DNA of 64,000 nucleotides from Candidatus Nanopelagicales bacterium. GTDB taxonomy: Bacteria; Actinomycetota; Actinomycetes; S36-B12. Numbering within the stretch: the stretch's first letter is position 1; every line of letters begins with the position of its first letter. Made by a program: the position numbers and the translations under genes. Below the pieces are notes generated by a model, which did not search any database, was not told where the DNA came from, and saw nothing but the letters and a program-made list of their open reading frames with translations. The stretch lies in NCBI GenBank assembly GCA_040266055.1, contig JBDQFC010000001.1, forward strand, positions 92,648 to 156,647, in the 5' to 3' direction. Of the stretch, positions 37,385-47,262 are shown piece by piece.

Positions 37385-37422
37385 AGCACTGAACGTACGC
37401 CTGTGGCCTTAGCCTCGGGGTC

Positions 37423-37755
37423 ATGATTCGGTCCTTTGACGCATCGGGCGTCGCGCTCACGCACTCGCCGCTTGAGGACGCCAAGAAGCTCTCTGGCGAA
37501 GTAACGACGGCGGTCTCGGCGGTTGCCAGCCAAGGAGACATGGAGGTAGGAGTGTGGGAACACTCAGTTGGCACCTCAACCGATGTCGAGATCGAGGAGG
37601 TCTTCGTCGTGCTCCAGGGGGCGGGCACGGTCATCTGCGAGGACGGGGGTCGCATCGAGCTTGCTCCCGGGGTCGTGGGCCTGCTGCCCATGGGGGCCCG
37701 GACCACCTGGACCGTCACCGAGCCGCTCAGAAAGGTCTGGATCACCCTGGCTTAG
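37423..37755 (+). CDS. Small cupin-domain protein (cupin_3/DUF861-like)
   Basis: 110 aa. GVWEHSVGTSTDVEIEEVFVVLQGAGTVICEDGGRIELAPGVVGLLPMGARTTWTV fits a single-domain cupin beta-barrel. Confidence 0.65.
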   Translation: MIRSFDASGVALTHSPLEDAKKLSGEVTTAVSAVASQGDMEVGVWEHSVGTSTDVEIEEVFVVLQGAGTVICEDGGRIELAPGVVGLLPMGARTTWTVTEPLRKVWITLA

Positions 37756-37815
37756 GGAGAAATTCCACCTCCGGTAGCCTTTGCCCTTGCTGCGCACTTC
37801 CCCCGAAGTAGCGGC

Positions 37816-37838
37816 CTGGACGCCCGGAAGGCGTCCAG
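37816..37838 (+). terminator. Hairpin after the cupin gene (possible terminator, no U-tail)
   Basis: ctggacgcc-cggaa-ggcgtccag, a perfect 9-bp stem. Confidence 0.4.
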
Positions 37839-37901
37839 TACGGCTCAGCCAGCCTGGTTGAGCACCGAAACCAGTCCCGACGAGAAAGAAGGCGGCGTCC
37901 T

Positions 37902-38345
37902 GTGCGCACCTACAGTCCCAAAGCCAGCGAGATCACTCGTACCTGGCATGTCATCGACGCGAACGATGTTGTCCTCGGTCGCCTCGCCACCCACGCCGCC
38001 CAACTCCTTCGGGGAAAGCACAAGGCGACGTTCGCTCCGCATGTGGACACCGGCGATTTCGTGGTGATCATCAACGCTGACAAGGTCGCTCTGACCGGTT
38101 CCAAGCGCGAGAAGAAGATCGCCTACCGGCACTCCGGTCATCCCGGTGGTTTGAAGGCAACCACCTACGAGGAACTGCTCGAGTCCAACCCCGAGCGCGC
38201 CATCGAGAAGGCCGTGAAGGGCATGCTCCCGCACAACAAGTTGGGGCGTCAGCAACTCAAGAAGCTGAAGGTCTACACCGGCGGGGATCATCCGCACGCC
38301 GCGCAGAACCCCCAGCCGTACCAGATCTCCCAGGTCGCGCAGTAG
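37902..38345 (+). CDS. rplM: 50S ribosomal protein L13 (uL13)
   Basis: GTG start. [59 protein letters not shown]. Confidence 0.98.
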   Translation: MRTYSPKASEITRTWHVIDANDVVLGRLATHAAQLLRGKHKATFAPHVDTGDFVVIINADKVALTGSKREKKIAYRHSGHPGGLKATTYEELLESNPERAIEKAVKGMLPHNKLGRQQLKKLKVYTGGDHPHAAQNPQPYQISQVAQ

Positions 38346-38372
38346 CCGCGCGGATAGAAAGAAGAGGAAACC

Positions 38373-38867
38373 GTGTCTGAGGCAACTGTCGACATCACAG
38401 ACGAAGAAGTGGACGAGACTCCTTCGGAGTACACCAGCGAGACCCCCGCATCGGCGCCTGTCGCCCGCGAGATCACCACGGCCCCCGGCGCTGCTACGGG
38501 TCGTCGCAAGGAAGCTATCGCCCGCGTTCGCCTGGTTCCGGGAACGGGACAGTGGACCGTCAATGGTCGCTCACTCGATGAGTACTTCCCGAACAAGGTG
38601 CACCAGCAGGAAGTCAAGGAACCGTTCGTCACGCTAGGTGCCGAGGGTCGTTTCGACGTCATCGCGCGCATCAACGGCGGAGGCGTTTCAGGTCAGGCTG
38701 GTGCGCTACGCCTTGGCATCTCGCGCGCACTGAGCGCGATCGATGAGGAGAACAACCGCCCGTCGCTTAAGAAGGCCGGCTTCCTCACTCGCGACCCGCG
38801 CGCCAAGGAGCGTAAGAAGTACGGTCTGAAGAAGGCCCGCAAGGCTCCGCAGTACAGCAAGCGCTAA
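38373..38867 (+). CDS. rpsI: 30S ribosomal protein S9 (uS9) with acidic N-terminal extension
   Basis: [30 protein letters not shown] ... [19 protein letters not shown] ... [12 protein letters not shown]. Confidence 0.97.
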   Translation: MSEATVDITDEEVDETPSEYTSETPASAPVAREITTAPGAATGRRKEAIARVRLVPGTGQWTVNGRSLDEYFPNKVHQQEVKEPFVTLGAEGRFDVIARINGGGVSGQAGALRLGISRALSAIDEENNRPSLKKAGFLTRDPRAKERKKYGLKKARKAPQYSKR

Positions 38868-38877
38868 AGAGCCGATC

Positions 38878-40227
38878 GTGGGCCGACTCTTCGGCACCGA
38901 CGGGGTTCGAGGCCTCGCCAATCGGGACATCACAGCGGAACTGGCCGTCGATTTGGCGGTTGCCGCTGCGCACGTTCTGGGCGATGTCGGGGCTTTCGAC
39001 GGTCATCGACCGCGCGCCGTGGTGGGTCGCGATACGCGAGCCAGTGGAGAATTTCTCGAGGCCGCCGTCGTGGCTGGCCTTGCAAGCGCTGGCGTGGACG
39101 TCACAGTGGTGGGAGTCCTTCCGACCCCGGCGGTTGCCTGGTTGACAGCCGCACTCGACGCCGATCTTGGGGTCATGCTCTCTGCGTCGCACAACCCGAT
39201 GCCCGACAACGGCATTAAGTTCTTCACGCGGGGTGGGCACAAGCTCGGTGACGACATCGAAGACGCCATCGAGCGGCGCATCGGCGAGCGATGGGAGCGG
39301 CCGACCGGGACTGGTGTGGGTCGTATTTCCCACGATCCGCTAGCGGGAAGCCGCTACGTCGATTTTCTCGCCGGCACTGTGGATGTTTCTCTCACCGGTT
39401 TGCGGGTAGTTGTTGATTGCGCCAACGGTGCTGCTTTCGACGTTGGACCGCAGACCCTCGCGCGAGCTGGTGCGGAGGTTGTGGCGATCCACGCGACCCC
39501 CGATGGCTGGAACATCAACCAAGACTGTGGCTCGACGCATCTGGAGTCCCTGATCGCCGCCGTTCGCGAGAACGGGGCCGATGCAGGGATCGCTCATGAC
39601 GGTGATGCCGATCGATGCCTTGCTGTGGCTGCGGATGGGTCTGTCATCGATGGTGATCACATCTTGGCGATCTTGGCCACCGCGCTCAGTGATCGAGGTC
39701 AACTTGCCGAGAACACGGTTGTTACCACCGTCATGGCCAACCTTGGCTTCAAATTGGCCATGGAGTCCTCAGGCATCGTGGTGTCGGAAACGGCTGTGGG
39801 CGATCGGTACGTTCTCGAACAGATGCGCGCGGGTGGATATGTGCTCGGTGGCGAACAAAGTGGGCACGTTGTGATGACTGACTTCGCGACGACTGGCGAT
39901 GGCGTGCTGACCGCGCTGCATGTGTTGGCGCAGATGGCGCGTACGGGGAAGTCGCTCGCCGAGCTTGCTTCGTCGGTGGACAAGTTGCCTCAGATCCTGG
40001 TGAACGTCGGCGGAGTCAACAAGTCCGGAATTGAAGGCAGCGCGGTCGTGCAGCAGGTGCTGCGTGATGCCGAGACCGAACTTGCTGGTCGAGGGCGGGT
40101 TTTGCTCCGACCGTCAGGAACCGAGCCGGTGATACGCGTAATGGTCGAAGCCCCTACGACTGAGGATGCCGAGCGACTAGCCGGCGCCATAGCCGCCGTC
40201 GTGAGTGCTGAGCTAACTCTCGACTAG
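38878..40227 (+). CDS. glmM: Phosphoglucosamine mutase
   Basis: MGRLFGTDGVRGLAN, active-site SASHNPMPDNGIKFF, DGDADR metal loop. Conserved rplM-rpsI-glmM order. Confidence 0.97.
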   Translation: MGRLFGTDGVRGLANRDITAELAVDLAVAAAHVLGDVGAFDGHRPRAVVGRDTRASGEFLEAAVVAGLASAGVDVTVVGVLPTPAVAWLTAALDADLGVMLSASHNPMPDNGIKFFTRGGHKLGDDIEDAIERRIGERWERPTGTGVGRISHDPLAGSRYVDFLAGTVDVSLTGLRVVVDCANGAAFDVGPQTLARAGAEVVAIHATPDGWNINQDCGSTHLESLIAAVRENGADAGIAHDGDADRCLAVAADGSVIDGDHILAILATALSDRGQLAENTVVTTVMANLGFKLAMESSGIVVSETAVGDRYVLEQMRAGGYVLGGEQSGHVVMTDFATTGDGVLTALHVLAQMARTGKSLAELASSVDKLPQILVNVGGVNKSGIEGSAVVQQVLRDAETELAGRGRVLLRPSGTEPVIRVMVEAPTTEDAERLAGAIAAVVSAELTLD

Positions 40228-41134
40228 TCCGATCCGACATACGCTGACGTAACGCGAGGGTGCACCAGCCTGCTAGCGCCATTCCTGTCAGGTTGATCGC
40301 GAGTTGCAGGGCGCTGCCCACTACTTGATTCCATTGGGCGAAGACCAGACCGACGGCGATGTTTCCAGAAGCGGGAATTGTCGTCACGGAGATAAAAACG
40401 CCGATGATGCCCGTGGATTGAGACGTGGTCAGAGCCAGGACACCGGCCGCTGCAGCAATTACCGCGACGATCAGTGACCATGCGTTCGGTGTGTAGATGA
40501 ATGAGACGCCAGGACGGGGCGCGCTGACATCGGCGAGTGTCGCCAAGCCCGTGACACGGGCTAACCCGACGAAAGCCACCGTGGCCATGACGGAGAAACT
40601 GAAGCCGAGGATGAGCGTCCGCGCGGCTTGGTGGAGTAGGGAGCGGCGCTTACGCACCAGCGCCAACCCGAGAGCAATGACCGCCATGAACTCTGGACCG
40701 AGCACCATGGCTCCGACGACCAGGATCGGCGAGTCGGTGATGACCGCGATCGCGGCGAGCAAGGTGGCCATCGTCATGAATGCCAGGAATGCCGGGGTGA
40801 TCTTGGATTGCTCGTAGGCCTGTTCAATCACCTGGGGCCAGACCACGTTGTCGGCATCGGGCGACGTTTCCTCTGCGTGGAGGGCGCGTTCGGACACCCA
40901 GGCGCTTGAGCTCAGGATCTGAACCGATCCGGCTTTTGTGACGCCAAGTCCCATAAGACCGCTCACGAGGTCATTGACCGCGTCGCGTTCTACCTGTGCT
41001 TCGAAAATGTCGCCAGCCGGGTCGATGCTGGCCCCGGGAAATTTTGCGAGCCCGGTAAGGCTGGGAGCCGCCGACAGGAGCTGCTCGCAGCGCTGGCTTA
41101 GGTCACGAGGACACGAGACCCGTACGGTGAGCAC
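40154..41134 (-). CDS. DUF389-family integral membrane protein
   Basis: GTG start. N-terminal soluble domain MLTVRVSCPRDLSQRCEQLL, followed by multiple TM helices (FLAFMTMATLLAAIAVI, LVVGAMVLGPEFMAVIALGLAL). 3' end overlaps glmM by 74 nt. Confidence 0.75.
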   Translation of the reverse strand: MLTVRVSCPRDLSQRCEQLLSAAPSLTGLAKFPGASIDPAGDIFEAQVERDAVNDLVSGLMGLGVTKAGSVQILSSSAWVSERALHAEETSPDADNVVWPQVIEQAYEQSKITPAFLAFMTMATLLAAIAVITDSPILVVGAMVLGPEFMAVIALGLALVRKRRSLLHQAARTLILGFSFSVMATVAFVGLARVTGLATLADVSAPRPGVSFIYTPNAWSLIVAVIAAAAGVLALTTSQSTGIIGVFISVTTIPASGNIAVGLVFAQWNQVVGSALQLAINLTGMALAGWCTLALRQRMSDRTSRELAQHSRRRLWRRLVARHPQS

Positions 41135-41158
41135 GGCACTACCTTGTCACCTCGGGCG

Positions 41159-41174
41159 TAGTCTTGCTGCCATG
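41159..41174 (+). promoter_or_regulatory. Candidate -10 (TAGTCT) placed 7 nt before the glmS ATG (leaderless-type arrangement)
   Basis: TAGTCT 41159-41164, then tgctgcc, then ATG 41172. No purine-rich SD in between. Confidence 0.3.
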
Positions 41175-43022
41175 TGCGGAATCGTCGGTTACGTGGGGGA
41201 GAAGCAGGCCCTCGAAGTAGTAGTGGCCGGGTTGCGCCGCTTGGAGTACCGGGGGTACGACTCCGCCGGGGTGGCTGTGATCAGCGAGGGTCGCCTCGAG
41301 GTACGCAAGAAGGCCGGCAAACTCGCCAATCTCGAGACACTCATCGGGCAAGACCCCCTGCCGCAGTCCACGACCGGTATCGGTCACACCCGCTGGGCTA
41401 CGCACGGTGGACCCACCGATCACAACGCTCATCCGCATGTGAGCGACGACGGCCGGGTGGCGGTCATCCACAACGGGATCATCGAGAACTTCGCCCAGCT
41501 GCGAGATGAACTGACGGCCGCCGGCGTGCACCTGGCCTCGGAAACCGACACCGAGGTCGTTGCCCACCTGCTGGCGCGAGCATTGCCGAGCGTCGATGAT
41601 GACCTACCCCGGGCAATGCAGGCCGTGTGCCATCGTCTTGAGGGTGCTTTCACGCTCGTGGCCATGGATCCGAGCGACCCAACGCTGGTGGTAGGTGCTC
41701 GCCGGAATTCACCTTTAGTGGTGGGGCTCGGTCAGGGTGAGAATTTCCTTGCCAGCGACGTCGCTGCTTTTGTCGATCACACACGCGATGCACTCGAACT
41801 CGGGCAGGACCAGATCGTGGTGGTGCGTGCCAACGGCGTTGAGGTCACCGACTTCTCTGGGACCCCGGTCGAGGCCAAGCCCTACTCAGTGGACTGGGAT
41901 GCGTCAGCGGCTGAGAAAGGTGGCTACGACCTCTTCATGCTCAAGGAGATTGCCGAACAACCCAAGGCGGTCGCGGATGCCCTGCGCGGGCGCATCAATT
42001 CCGAGCAGCGAATCCAACTAGATGAAACGGATTTCGACGACGCAGTCCTGCGGGACATCACCAAGGTCGTTGTGGTGGCTTGTGGAACCGCAGCGCATGC
42101 TGGGATGGTTGCGAAGTACGCGATCGAGCACTGGACCCGTCTACCCGTGGACGTCGAGCTCGCAAGTGAGTTCCGCTACCGGGATCCGATCGTGGGGCCG
42201 GACTCACTCGTCATCGCGATCTCTCAATCTGGCGAGACGATGGACACGCTGATGGCTCTTCGGCACGCCAAGGCGCAGGGTGCCCGAACGCTTGCGATCT
42301 GCAACACCGTGGGCTCGACCATTCCGCGCGAGTCCGATGCGGTGCTCTACACCTACGCAGGGCCGGAAATTGCTGTGGCGTCGACCAAGGCGTTCTTGAC
42401 GCAGATAATTGCTGCGTACCTCGTCGGTCTGTATCTCGCGCAAGCGCGCGGCACGATGTTTGAAGACGAGATCCGCGCGATCATGAGCGAACTCGGTGAC
42501 ATGCCGCAGAAGATCGATCTTGTTCTCGACACGGTGGAACGGGTACGCGCTCTCGCGCAGGAGTTTGCACAAGCGCCATCCGTGCTCTTCCTGGGCCGGC
42601 ACGTCGGCTACCCGGTGGCCCTCGAAGGCGCTCTGAAGCTGAAAGAACTCGCATACATGCACGCGGAGGGTTTCCCGGCGGGAGAACTTAAGCACGGGCC
42701 AATCGCTTTGATCGAGGACGGCATTCCGGTGATCGTGGTGGTGCCCTCGCCGCGCGGGCGTGCAGTCCTCCACGACAAGATCGTTTCCAACATTCAGGAG
42801 GTACGGGCTCGAGGCGCGTCGATCATCGCGATCGCGGAAGAGGGCGATGAATCCATCTCCGGATTCGCTGACCACATCATCCGTGTCCCTGAAACCCCCA
42901 CTCTTATGCAGCCGCTTGTCTCGACAGTGCCGTTGCAGGTGTTCGCCTGTGAGTTGGCCACGGTCAAAGGACATGACGTGGATCAACCGCGCAACCTCGC
43001 GAAGTCCGTCACGGTGGAGTGA
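41172..43022 (+). CDS. glmS: Glutamine--fructose-6-phosphate aminotransferase (isomerising)
   Basis: Must start at MCGIVGYVG (Cys2 nucleophile), ATG 41172. The track start at 40938 is an extension through the divergent gene. Two SIS domains. C-terminal KSVTVE. Confidence 0.97.
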   Translation: MCGIVGYVGEKQALEVVVAGLRRLEYRGYDSAGVAVISEGRLEVRKKAGKLANLETLIGQDPLPQSTTGIGHTRWATHGGPTDHNAHPHVSDDGRVAVIHNGIIENFAQLRDELTAAGVHLASETDTEVVAHLLARALPSVDDDLPRAMQAVCHRLEGAFTLVAMDPSDPTLVVGARRNSPLVVGLGQGENFLASDVAAFVDHTRDALELGQDQIVVVRANGVEVTDFSGTPVEAKPYSVDWDASAAEKGGYDLFMLKEIAEQPKAVADALRGRINSEQRIQLDETDFDDAVLRDITKVVVVACGTAAHAGMVAKYAIEHWTRLPVDVELASEFRYRDPIVGPDSLVIAISQSGETMDTLMALRHAKAQGARTLAICNTVGSTIPRESDAVLYTYAGPEIAVASTKAFLTQIIAAYLVGLYLAQARGTMFEDEIRAIMSELGDMPQKIDLVLDTVERVRALAQEFAQAPSVLFLGRHVGYPVALEGALKLKELAYMHAEGFPAGELKHGPIALIEDGIPVIVVVPSPRGRAVLHDKIVSNIQEVRARGASIIAIAEEGDESISGFADHIIRVPETPTLMQPLVSTVPLQVFACELATVKGHDVDQPRNLAKSVTVE

Positions 43023-44524
43023 TGTTCGGGCTGTACCCGGTCGAGGTTGTTCGCGATGCTGAGAACCGGTTGATGTCGCGGGTTCCGGATGGTGCGCTGA
43101 TGCAGCTAGCGGCCCGCGGGCTCGCAGTGCAATGCCTTCGATTCTTGCGTGACGTCCAGGGCCACGTGGTCGGAACGCGCGTGGTGATTCTTGTCGGCGC
43201 AGGCAACAACGGCGGTGATGCGCTCTTTGCCGCCGCCTACCTCGCTGCCCGGGGAATGTCGGTGGTGGCGCTGTGTGTCGCTGATTCGCACCACGAGAAC
43301 GGCGCACGTGCTCTCGAGTCGGCCGGCGGGCGCTTGGTATCCGTTGTTGAAGTCGATGATCAGGTTCGCTCGCTGCTTGTCGATGCGGATCTAGTAATCG
43401 ACGGCATTGTGGGGATTGGTGCTCACGGCGCGCTTCGCGAACCGAGTGCAGAGATCGTTCGGTTTGCTAGCGGGGTGGATGCGCTGCGGGTCGCTGTTGA
43501 TCTCCCGAGTGGAGTCGATGCCGATACTGGTGCAGTTAGCGGTGCTGTCTTCAATGCGGACGTCACCGTCACCTTCGGATGTTTCAAGCCGGGGCTTTTG
43601 CTTAGTCCCGGTCGCGAGTACGTCGGTGCCGTGCATGAAGTGGACATCGGTTTGGAGCCCGAGCTTCCTGAGCCCACCTGGTTGAGCATCCAGGCGATGG
43701 ATGTCGCGGACATCGTTGCCGCGCCGGCCCACGACGACCACAAGTACCTCCGGGGTGTCGTTGCAGTTGCGGCGGGTAGCGAGGCGTACCCGGGTGCAGC
43801 ACTGCTCACCGTTGGATCGAGTCGTTATTCCGGTGCGGGAATGGTCCGGTTCCTTGATCGTGCCGATGGTGTCGCCGACCTCGTGGTTTCCACATACCCC
43901 GACGTTGTCCTGGATCGTTCAGACATGCGTCAGGACCCGCGGATCCGTGGATGGGCCTGCGGCCCGGGCTTCACCGAATCCGATGCCGCAACCGTTGAGA
44001 TGGTGCTGGGGTCGGATGCTTCTGTTGTCCTCGATGCTGGTGCACTGCAGTGTCTGGCTGATGATGCCGGTCTTGCCTCGCGGGTCCGTGAACGCGGTGA
44101 TCGTGGACTGACGACGGTTTTGACACCGCACGCTGGTGAGTTCCAGCGTCTCGCTGGCGCGATCGACCATGCCGCCACACCAGCGGACATGGCATCCGAA
44201 CTCCAAGCGATCGTGGTGCTCAAAGGTCCGGGCACCACGATCTCTACCCCCAGGGGCGGCGCCTATGTCGACACTGCAGGCATCGCCGACCTTGCTTGCG
44301 CTGGCAGTGGGGATGTCCTGACCGGCCTGTTGGCTGGAATGTTGGCGGCCTATCACGATGACGAGCCAGCCATGATCGTCGCTGGAGCAGTCTGGCTGCA
44401 TGGCACCGCTGCTCGAATTGCGCGTCGGGGTGGACGGCCGATCGTTGCCACCGACGTGTGTGACGCTATACCTGAGGCGATAGCTGCCGCTCGATCCGGC
44501 GACCTGGCAGGGTTGCTGACATGA
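43019..44524 (+). CDS. nnr: Bifunctional NAD(P)H-hydrate repair enzyme Nnr (epimerase / ADP-dependent dehydratase)
   Basis: N-terminal YjeF_N motif ILVGAGNNGGDALFAA. C-terminal carbohydrate-kinase-like domain (VVLKGPGTTI, GSGDVLTG). Start overlaps the glmS stop. Confidence 0.88.
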   Translation: MMFGLYPVEVVRDAENRLMSRVPDGALMQLAARGLAVQCLRFLRDVQGHVVGTRVVILVGAGNNGGDALFAAAYLAARGMSVVALCVADSHHENGARALESAGGRLVSVVEVDDQVRSLLVDADLVIDGIVGIGAHGALREPSAEIVRFASGVDALRVAVDLPSGVDADTGAVSGAVFNADVTVTFGCFKPGLLLSPGREYVGAVHEVDIGLEPELPEPTWLSIQAMDVADIVAAPAHDDHKYLRGVVAVAAGSEAYPGAALLTVGSSRYSGAGMVRFLDRADGVADLVVSTYPDVVLDRSDMRQDPRIRGWACGPGFTESDAATVEMVLGSDASVVLDAGALQCLADDAGLASRVRERGDRGLTTVLTPHAGEFQRLAGAIDHAATPADMASELQAIVVLKGPGTTISTPRGGAYVDTAGIADLACAGSGDVLTGLLAGMLAAYHDDEPAMIVAGAVWLHGTAARIARRGGRPIVATDVCDAIPEAIAAARSGDLAGLLT

Positions 44525-45666
44525 CCGGTGATCCGAGTCGCGCCAAGGCCGTCATCGATTTAACGGCGATCGTTCACAACTATCGGCGCCTCGAGCAATG
44601 CGGTGTGCCGGTCATGGGAGTAGTCAAAGCCGACGCCTATGGGCACGGCTGCACGCAGGTGGCTCGTGCTTTACGCGACGCCGGGGCTCAGTGGCTCGGT
44701 GTTGCATTGCCGGCGGAGGCCCTGAATCTGCGCGCAACGGGAGACCGCGGGCACCTTTTGGCGTGGCTGTGGGCGCCGGGTGATCCAGGAATTATCGACT
44801 GCGTCACAAGCGACGTAGATCTGTCCATATCCAGCGAGCTGTCATTGGTGGAAGTCGTCGCAGCCGCCCGACGGGTGGGAAGACGAGCACGGGTGCACAT
44901 CAAAGTGGACACCGGACTCAGCCGGAACGGTGTTCCTCGAACTTCGTGGGAAACGGTGTTCGCATCTGCCGCCTCGGCGCAGGAGGCAGGATTCATCGAG
45001 ATCGTCGGCTTGTGGTCTCACCTGGCCAGTGCAGATGAGCCACTCAACCCATCCATCGACGAACAACTCGCTACTTTCTCGCAGGCGCGCGAGGTGTTGT
45101 CGATTTACGACGTGCGCCCGGAGCTGTGCCACCTGGCGAACAGCGCTGCAACGCTGGATCGACCGGATGCAATCTTCGACTTGGTGCGCGCGGGAATCGC
45201 GATCTACGGAGTAACGCCTGGATCAGGACTGGGAACCAGCACCGAACTCGGACTGCGGCCAGCGATGACACTGCGTGCACGGCTTGCTCACGTTAAGCGC
45301 ATCGAGCCCGGTACCGCCGTTTCCTACGGCGGCTCATGGATCGCCTCCGAGCCGACCACCATCGGACTCGTTCCCGTTGGGTACGCCGATGGCATCCCGA
45401 GGGCTGCTAGCAACGTCGCCGAAGTCCAGATTGGCGGTCGACGTTGCCCAGTGCGTGGCGTGGTGGCAATGGATCAGTTCGTGGTGGACCTTGGTCTCGA
45501 TTCCGGTGACCAGCCCGGCGATGACGTCATCGTCTTCGGCCCTGGCGGCAACGGTGAGCCGAGCGCGGAGGACTGGGCGCGATGGTCGAACACCATCGGC
45601 TACGAGATTGTCACGAGGATCAGTCCGCGGGTGCCGCGCGAGTACGTCACAGTGTCCGATGGCTGA
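44521..45666 (+). CDS. alr: Alanine racemase
   Basis: PLP-lysine motif GVVKADAYGHG. C-terminal YGGSW and VAMDQFVVDL. ATGA overlap with nnr. Confidence 0.95.
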   Translation: MTGDPSRAKAVIDLTAIVHNYRRLEQCGVPVMGVVKADAYGHGCTQVARALRDAGAQWLGVALPAEALNLRATGDRGHLLAWLWAPGDPGIIDCVTSDVDLSISSELSLVEVVAAARRVGRRARVHIKVDTGLSRNGVPRTSWETVFASAASAQEAGFIEIVGLWSHLASADEPLNPSIDEQLATFSQAREVLSIYDVRPELCHLANSAATLDRPDAIFDLVRAGIAIYGVTPGSGLGTSTELGLRPAMTLRARLAHVKRIEPGTAVSYGGSWIASEPTTIGLVPVGYADGIPRAASNVAEVQIGGRRCPVRGVVAMDQFVVDLGLDSGDQPGDDVIVFGPGGNGEPSAEDWARWSNTIGYEIVTRISPRVPREYVTVSDG

Positions 45667-45701
45667 CGCCTGCTAGATCTGAGACAACCACACCGAGGAG
45701 A

Positions 45702-46784
45702 ATGGCAGCGATGGACATCTCTTCCGCCTGGCGACTCGCCGGTCGAGGCGTAGCCGCGGCCGGAGTGGTGGCGGCCGGAGCCGCTGTCGGTGTTCTGGCC
45801 GAACGCGCACTGGTGCGGCGCTCGGCTCTGAGCGCAGACGATGAATCAACCTTGGGAACTCTCCGAGGAGACGTCCACGAGTTCGTCACCACAGACGGAA
45901 CAACCTTGCACGTGGAAGTGGATGAGCCGGTTGATCCGAAGGGCACTGACCTAACGATCGTGTTTTGTCACGGCTACGCCCTGAGCCAGGATTCGTGGCA
46001 TTACCAGCGCGAACACCTGCGCGGAACTGCTCGTCTTGTCTTCTATGACCAGCGCAGTCACGGTCGTTCGGCCAGGGCGGGTGGCGAGTCCCATGACATC
46101 GATCAACTCGGGCACGATCTCGCCGCGGTCATCGATGCCGTAGTGCCACGTGGACCGATCGTTCTGATCGGACACTCGATGGGCGGGATGTCGATCATGG
46201 CCTACGCCGACCAGCACCCCGATCAGTTCGGTTCGCGGATCCGCGGCGTCGCCCTCATCGCCACCACCGCAGGCAGTGTGCGGGCTAATTCGCTCGGACT
46301 GCCCGGTCCCCTAGGAAAGGCGGTCCAGGCATGGGCCCCGCCGATTGCCCAGTTCCTTGCCGAGCGCGAGCACCTCGTTGATGGGTGGTCAGACAGCGAT
46401 CTCGGACTGCTCATCACCCGCCTTTATTCCTTCGGATCACCGGCGTCTGATCACGCAGGACGTTTCGTTGCGCAGATGCTCGCGAGCACGTCCTTGGAAG
46501 TTGTGGCTGACTTCTTGCCAGCACTGCAAGCGCACGACAAGCACGCGGTACTACCGGTTTTCCAGCAGGCAGAACTGCTGGTGATCGTTGGATCCGCGGA
46601 CCGATTGACGCCCCCACAACTCAGCGAGGAGATTGTGGAGGCCGTACCGGGTGCGGAGTTTGCAATCCTCGGCGATAGCGGTCACATGGTGATGCTCGAA
46701 CGCCCGCACGAAGTAAACGACCTCCTCGACGGTCTCGTTGATCGGGTTCGGCGGGACTTGGGTGAAAGCCGAGGCGTTGCGTGA
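45702..46784 (+). CDS. Alpha/beta-fold hydrolase
   Basis: ATG 45702 after GAGGAG (the track start at 45582 overlaps alr). N-terminal TM segment. HG oxyanion motif FCHGY, nucleophile elbow GHSMGG, C-terminal GHMVMLE. Confidence 0.85.
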   Translation: MAAMDISSAWRLAGRGVAAAGVVAAGAAVGVLAERALVRRSALSADDESTLGTLRGDVHEFVTTDGTTLHVEVDEPVDPKGTDLTIVFCHGYALSQDSWHYQREHLRGTARLVFYDQRSHGRSARAGGESHDIDQLGHDLAAVIDAVVPRGPIVLIGHSMGGMSIMAYADQHPDQFGSRIRGVALIATTAGSVRANSLGLPGPLGKAVQAWAPPIAQFLAEREHLVDGWSDSDLGLLITRLYSFGSPASDHAGRFVAQMLASTSLEVVADFLPALQAHDKHAVLPVFQQAELLVIVGSADRLTPPQLSEEIVEAVPGAEFAILGDSGHMVMLERPHEVNDLLDGLVDRVRRDLGESRGVA

Positions 46785-47260
46785 GCGAACCGCTCGACGA
46801 CATAGTTCTCGACAGTTTGTCCTCGAAGGACACTCGGGCGATCGGAGAACGTATCGGTGCTCTTCTCGAACCAGGGGACGTCGTCGTGCTCGAGGGAGAC
46901 CTGGGAGCCGGAAAGACGACGATCACGCAAGGTTTGGCCCGCGGAATGGGGATCACCGAGCCGATCACCAGCCCGACCTTCGTGTTGGCACGTGAAATGG
47001 GTATCGGGCAAGCGTGCACACCGCTCACTCACGTTGATGCCTACCGTGTTGGTTCGCTTGAGGAATGGGATGACCTCGACCTCGACTTTGACACCACGGC
47101 GGTTGTGATCGAGTGGGGCGAGCGAGTGGCCCGCGCCTTGCCGCAGCAGCGAGTGCATATTCGACTCCAGGGCGATGGCGAGACGCGTCGAATTCGCGCT
47201 TTCGTTCCCAGCGGTGGTTCGAATCGGCTATTTCGTGCGATGCAAGACTCCCTCCTGTGA
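46781..47260 (+). CDS. tsaE: tRNA t6A37 biosynthesis ATPase TsaE
   Basis: GTGA overlap with the previous gene. P-loop LEGDLGAGKTTITQGLARG, SPTFVL, HVDAYR. Confidence 0.92.
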   Translation: MSEPLDDIVLDSLSSKDTRAIGERIGALLEPGDVVVLEGDLGAGKTTITQGLARGMGITEPITSPTFVLAREMGIGQACTPLTHVDAYRVGSLEEWDDLDLDFDTTAVVIEWGERVARALPQQRVHIRLQGDGETRRIRAFVPSGGSNRLFRAMQDSLL

Positions 47261-47262
47261 CC

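Noticed and set aside
40938-41171. 78-aa N-terminal extension of glmS in the ORF track
   Set aside because: GlmS requires Cys as the first residue after Met removal (MCGIVGY). The extension runs antisense through the N-terminus of the divergent DUF389 gene.
41135-41171. Looked for a glmS ribozyme upstream of glmS
   Set aside because: Only 37 nt of non-coding sequence exist, and the ribozyme needs about 170 nt. Its known distribution is mainly Firmicutes.
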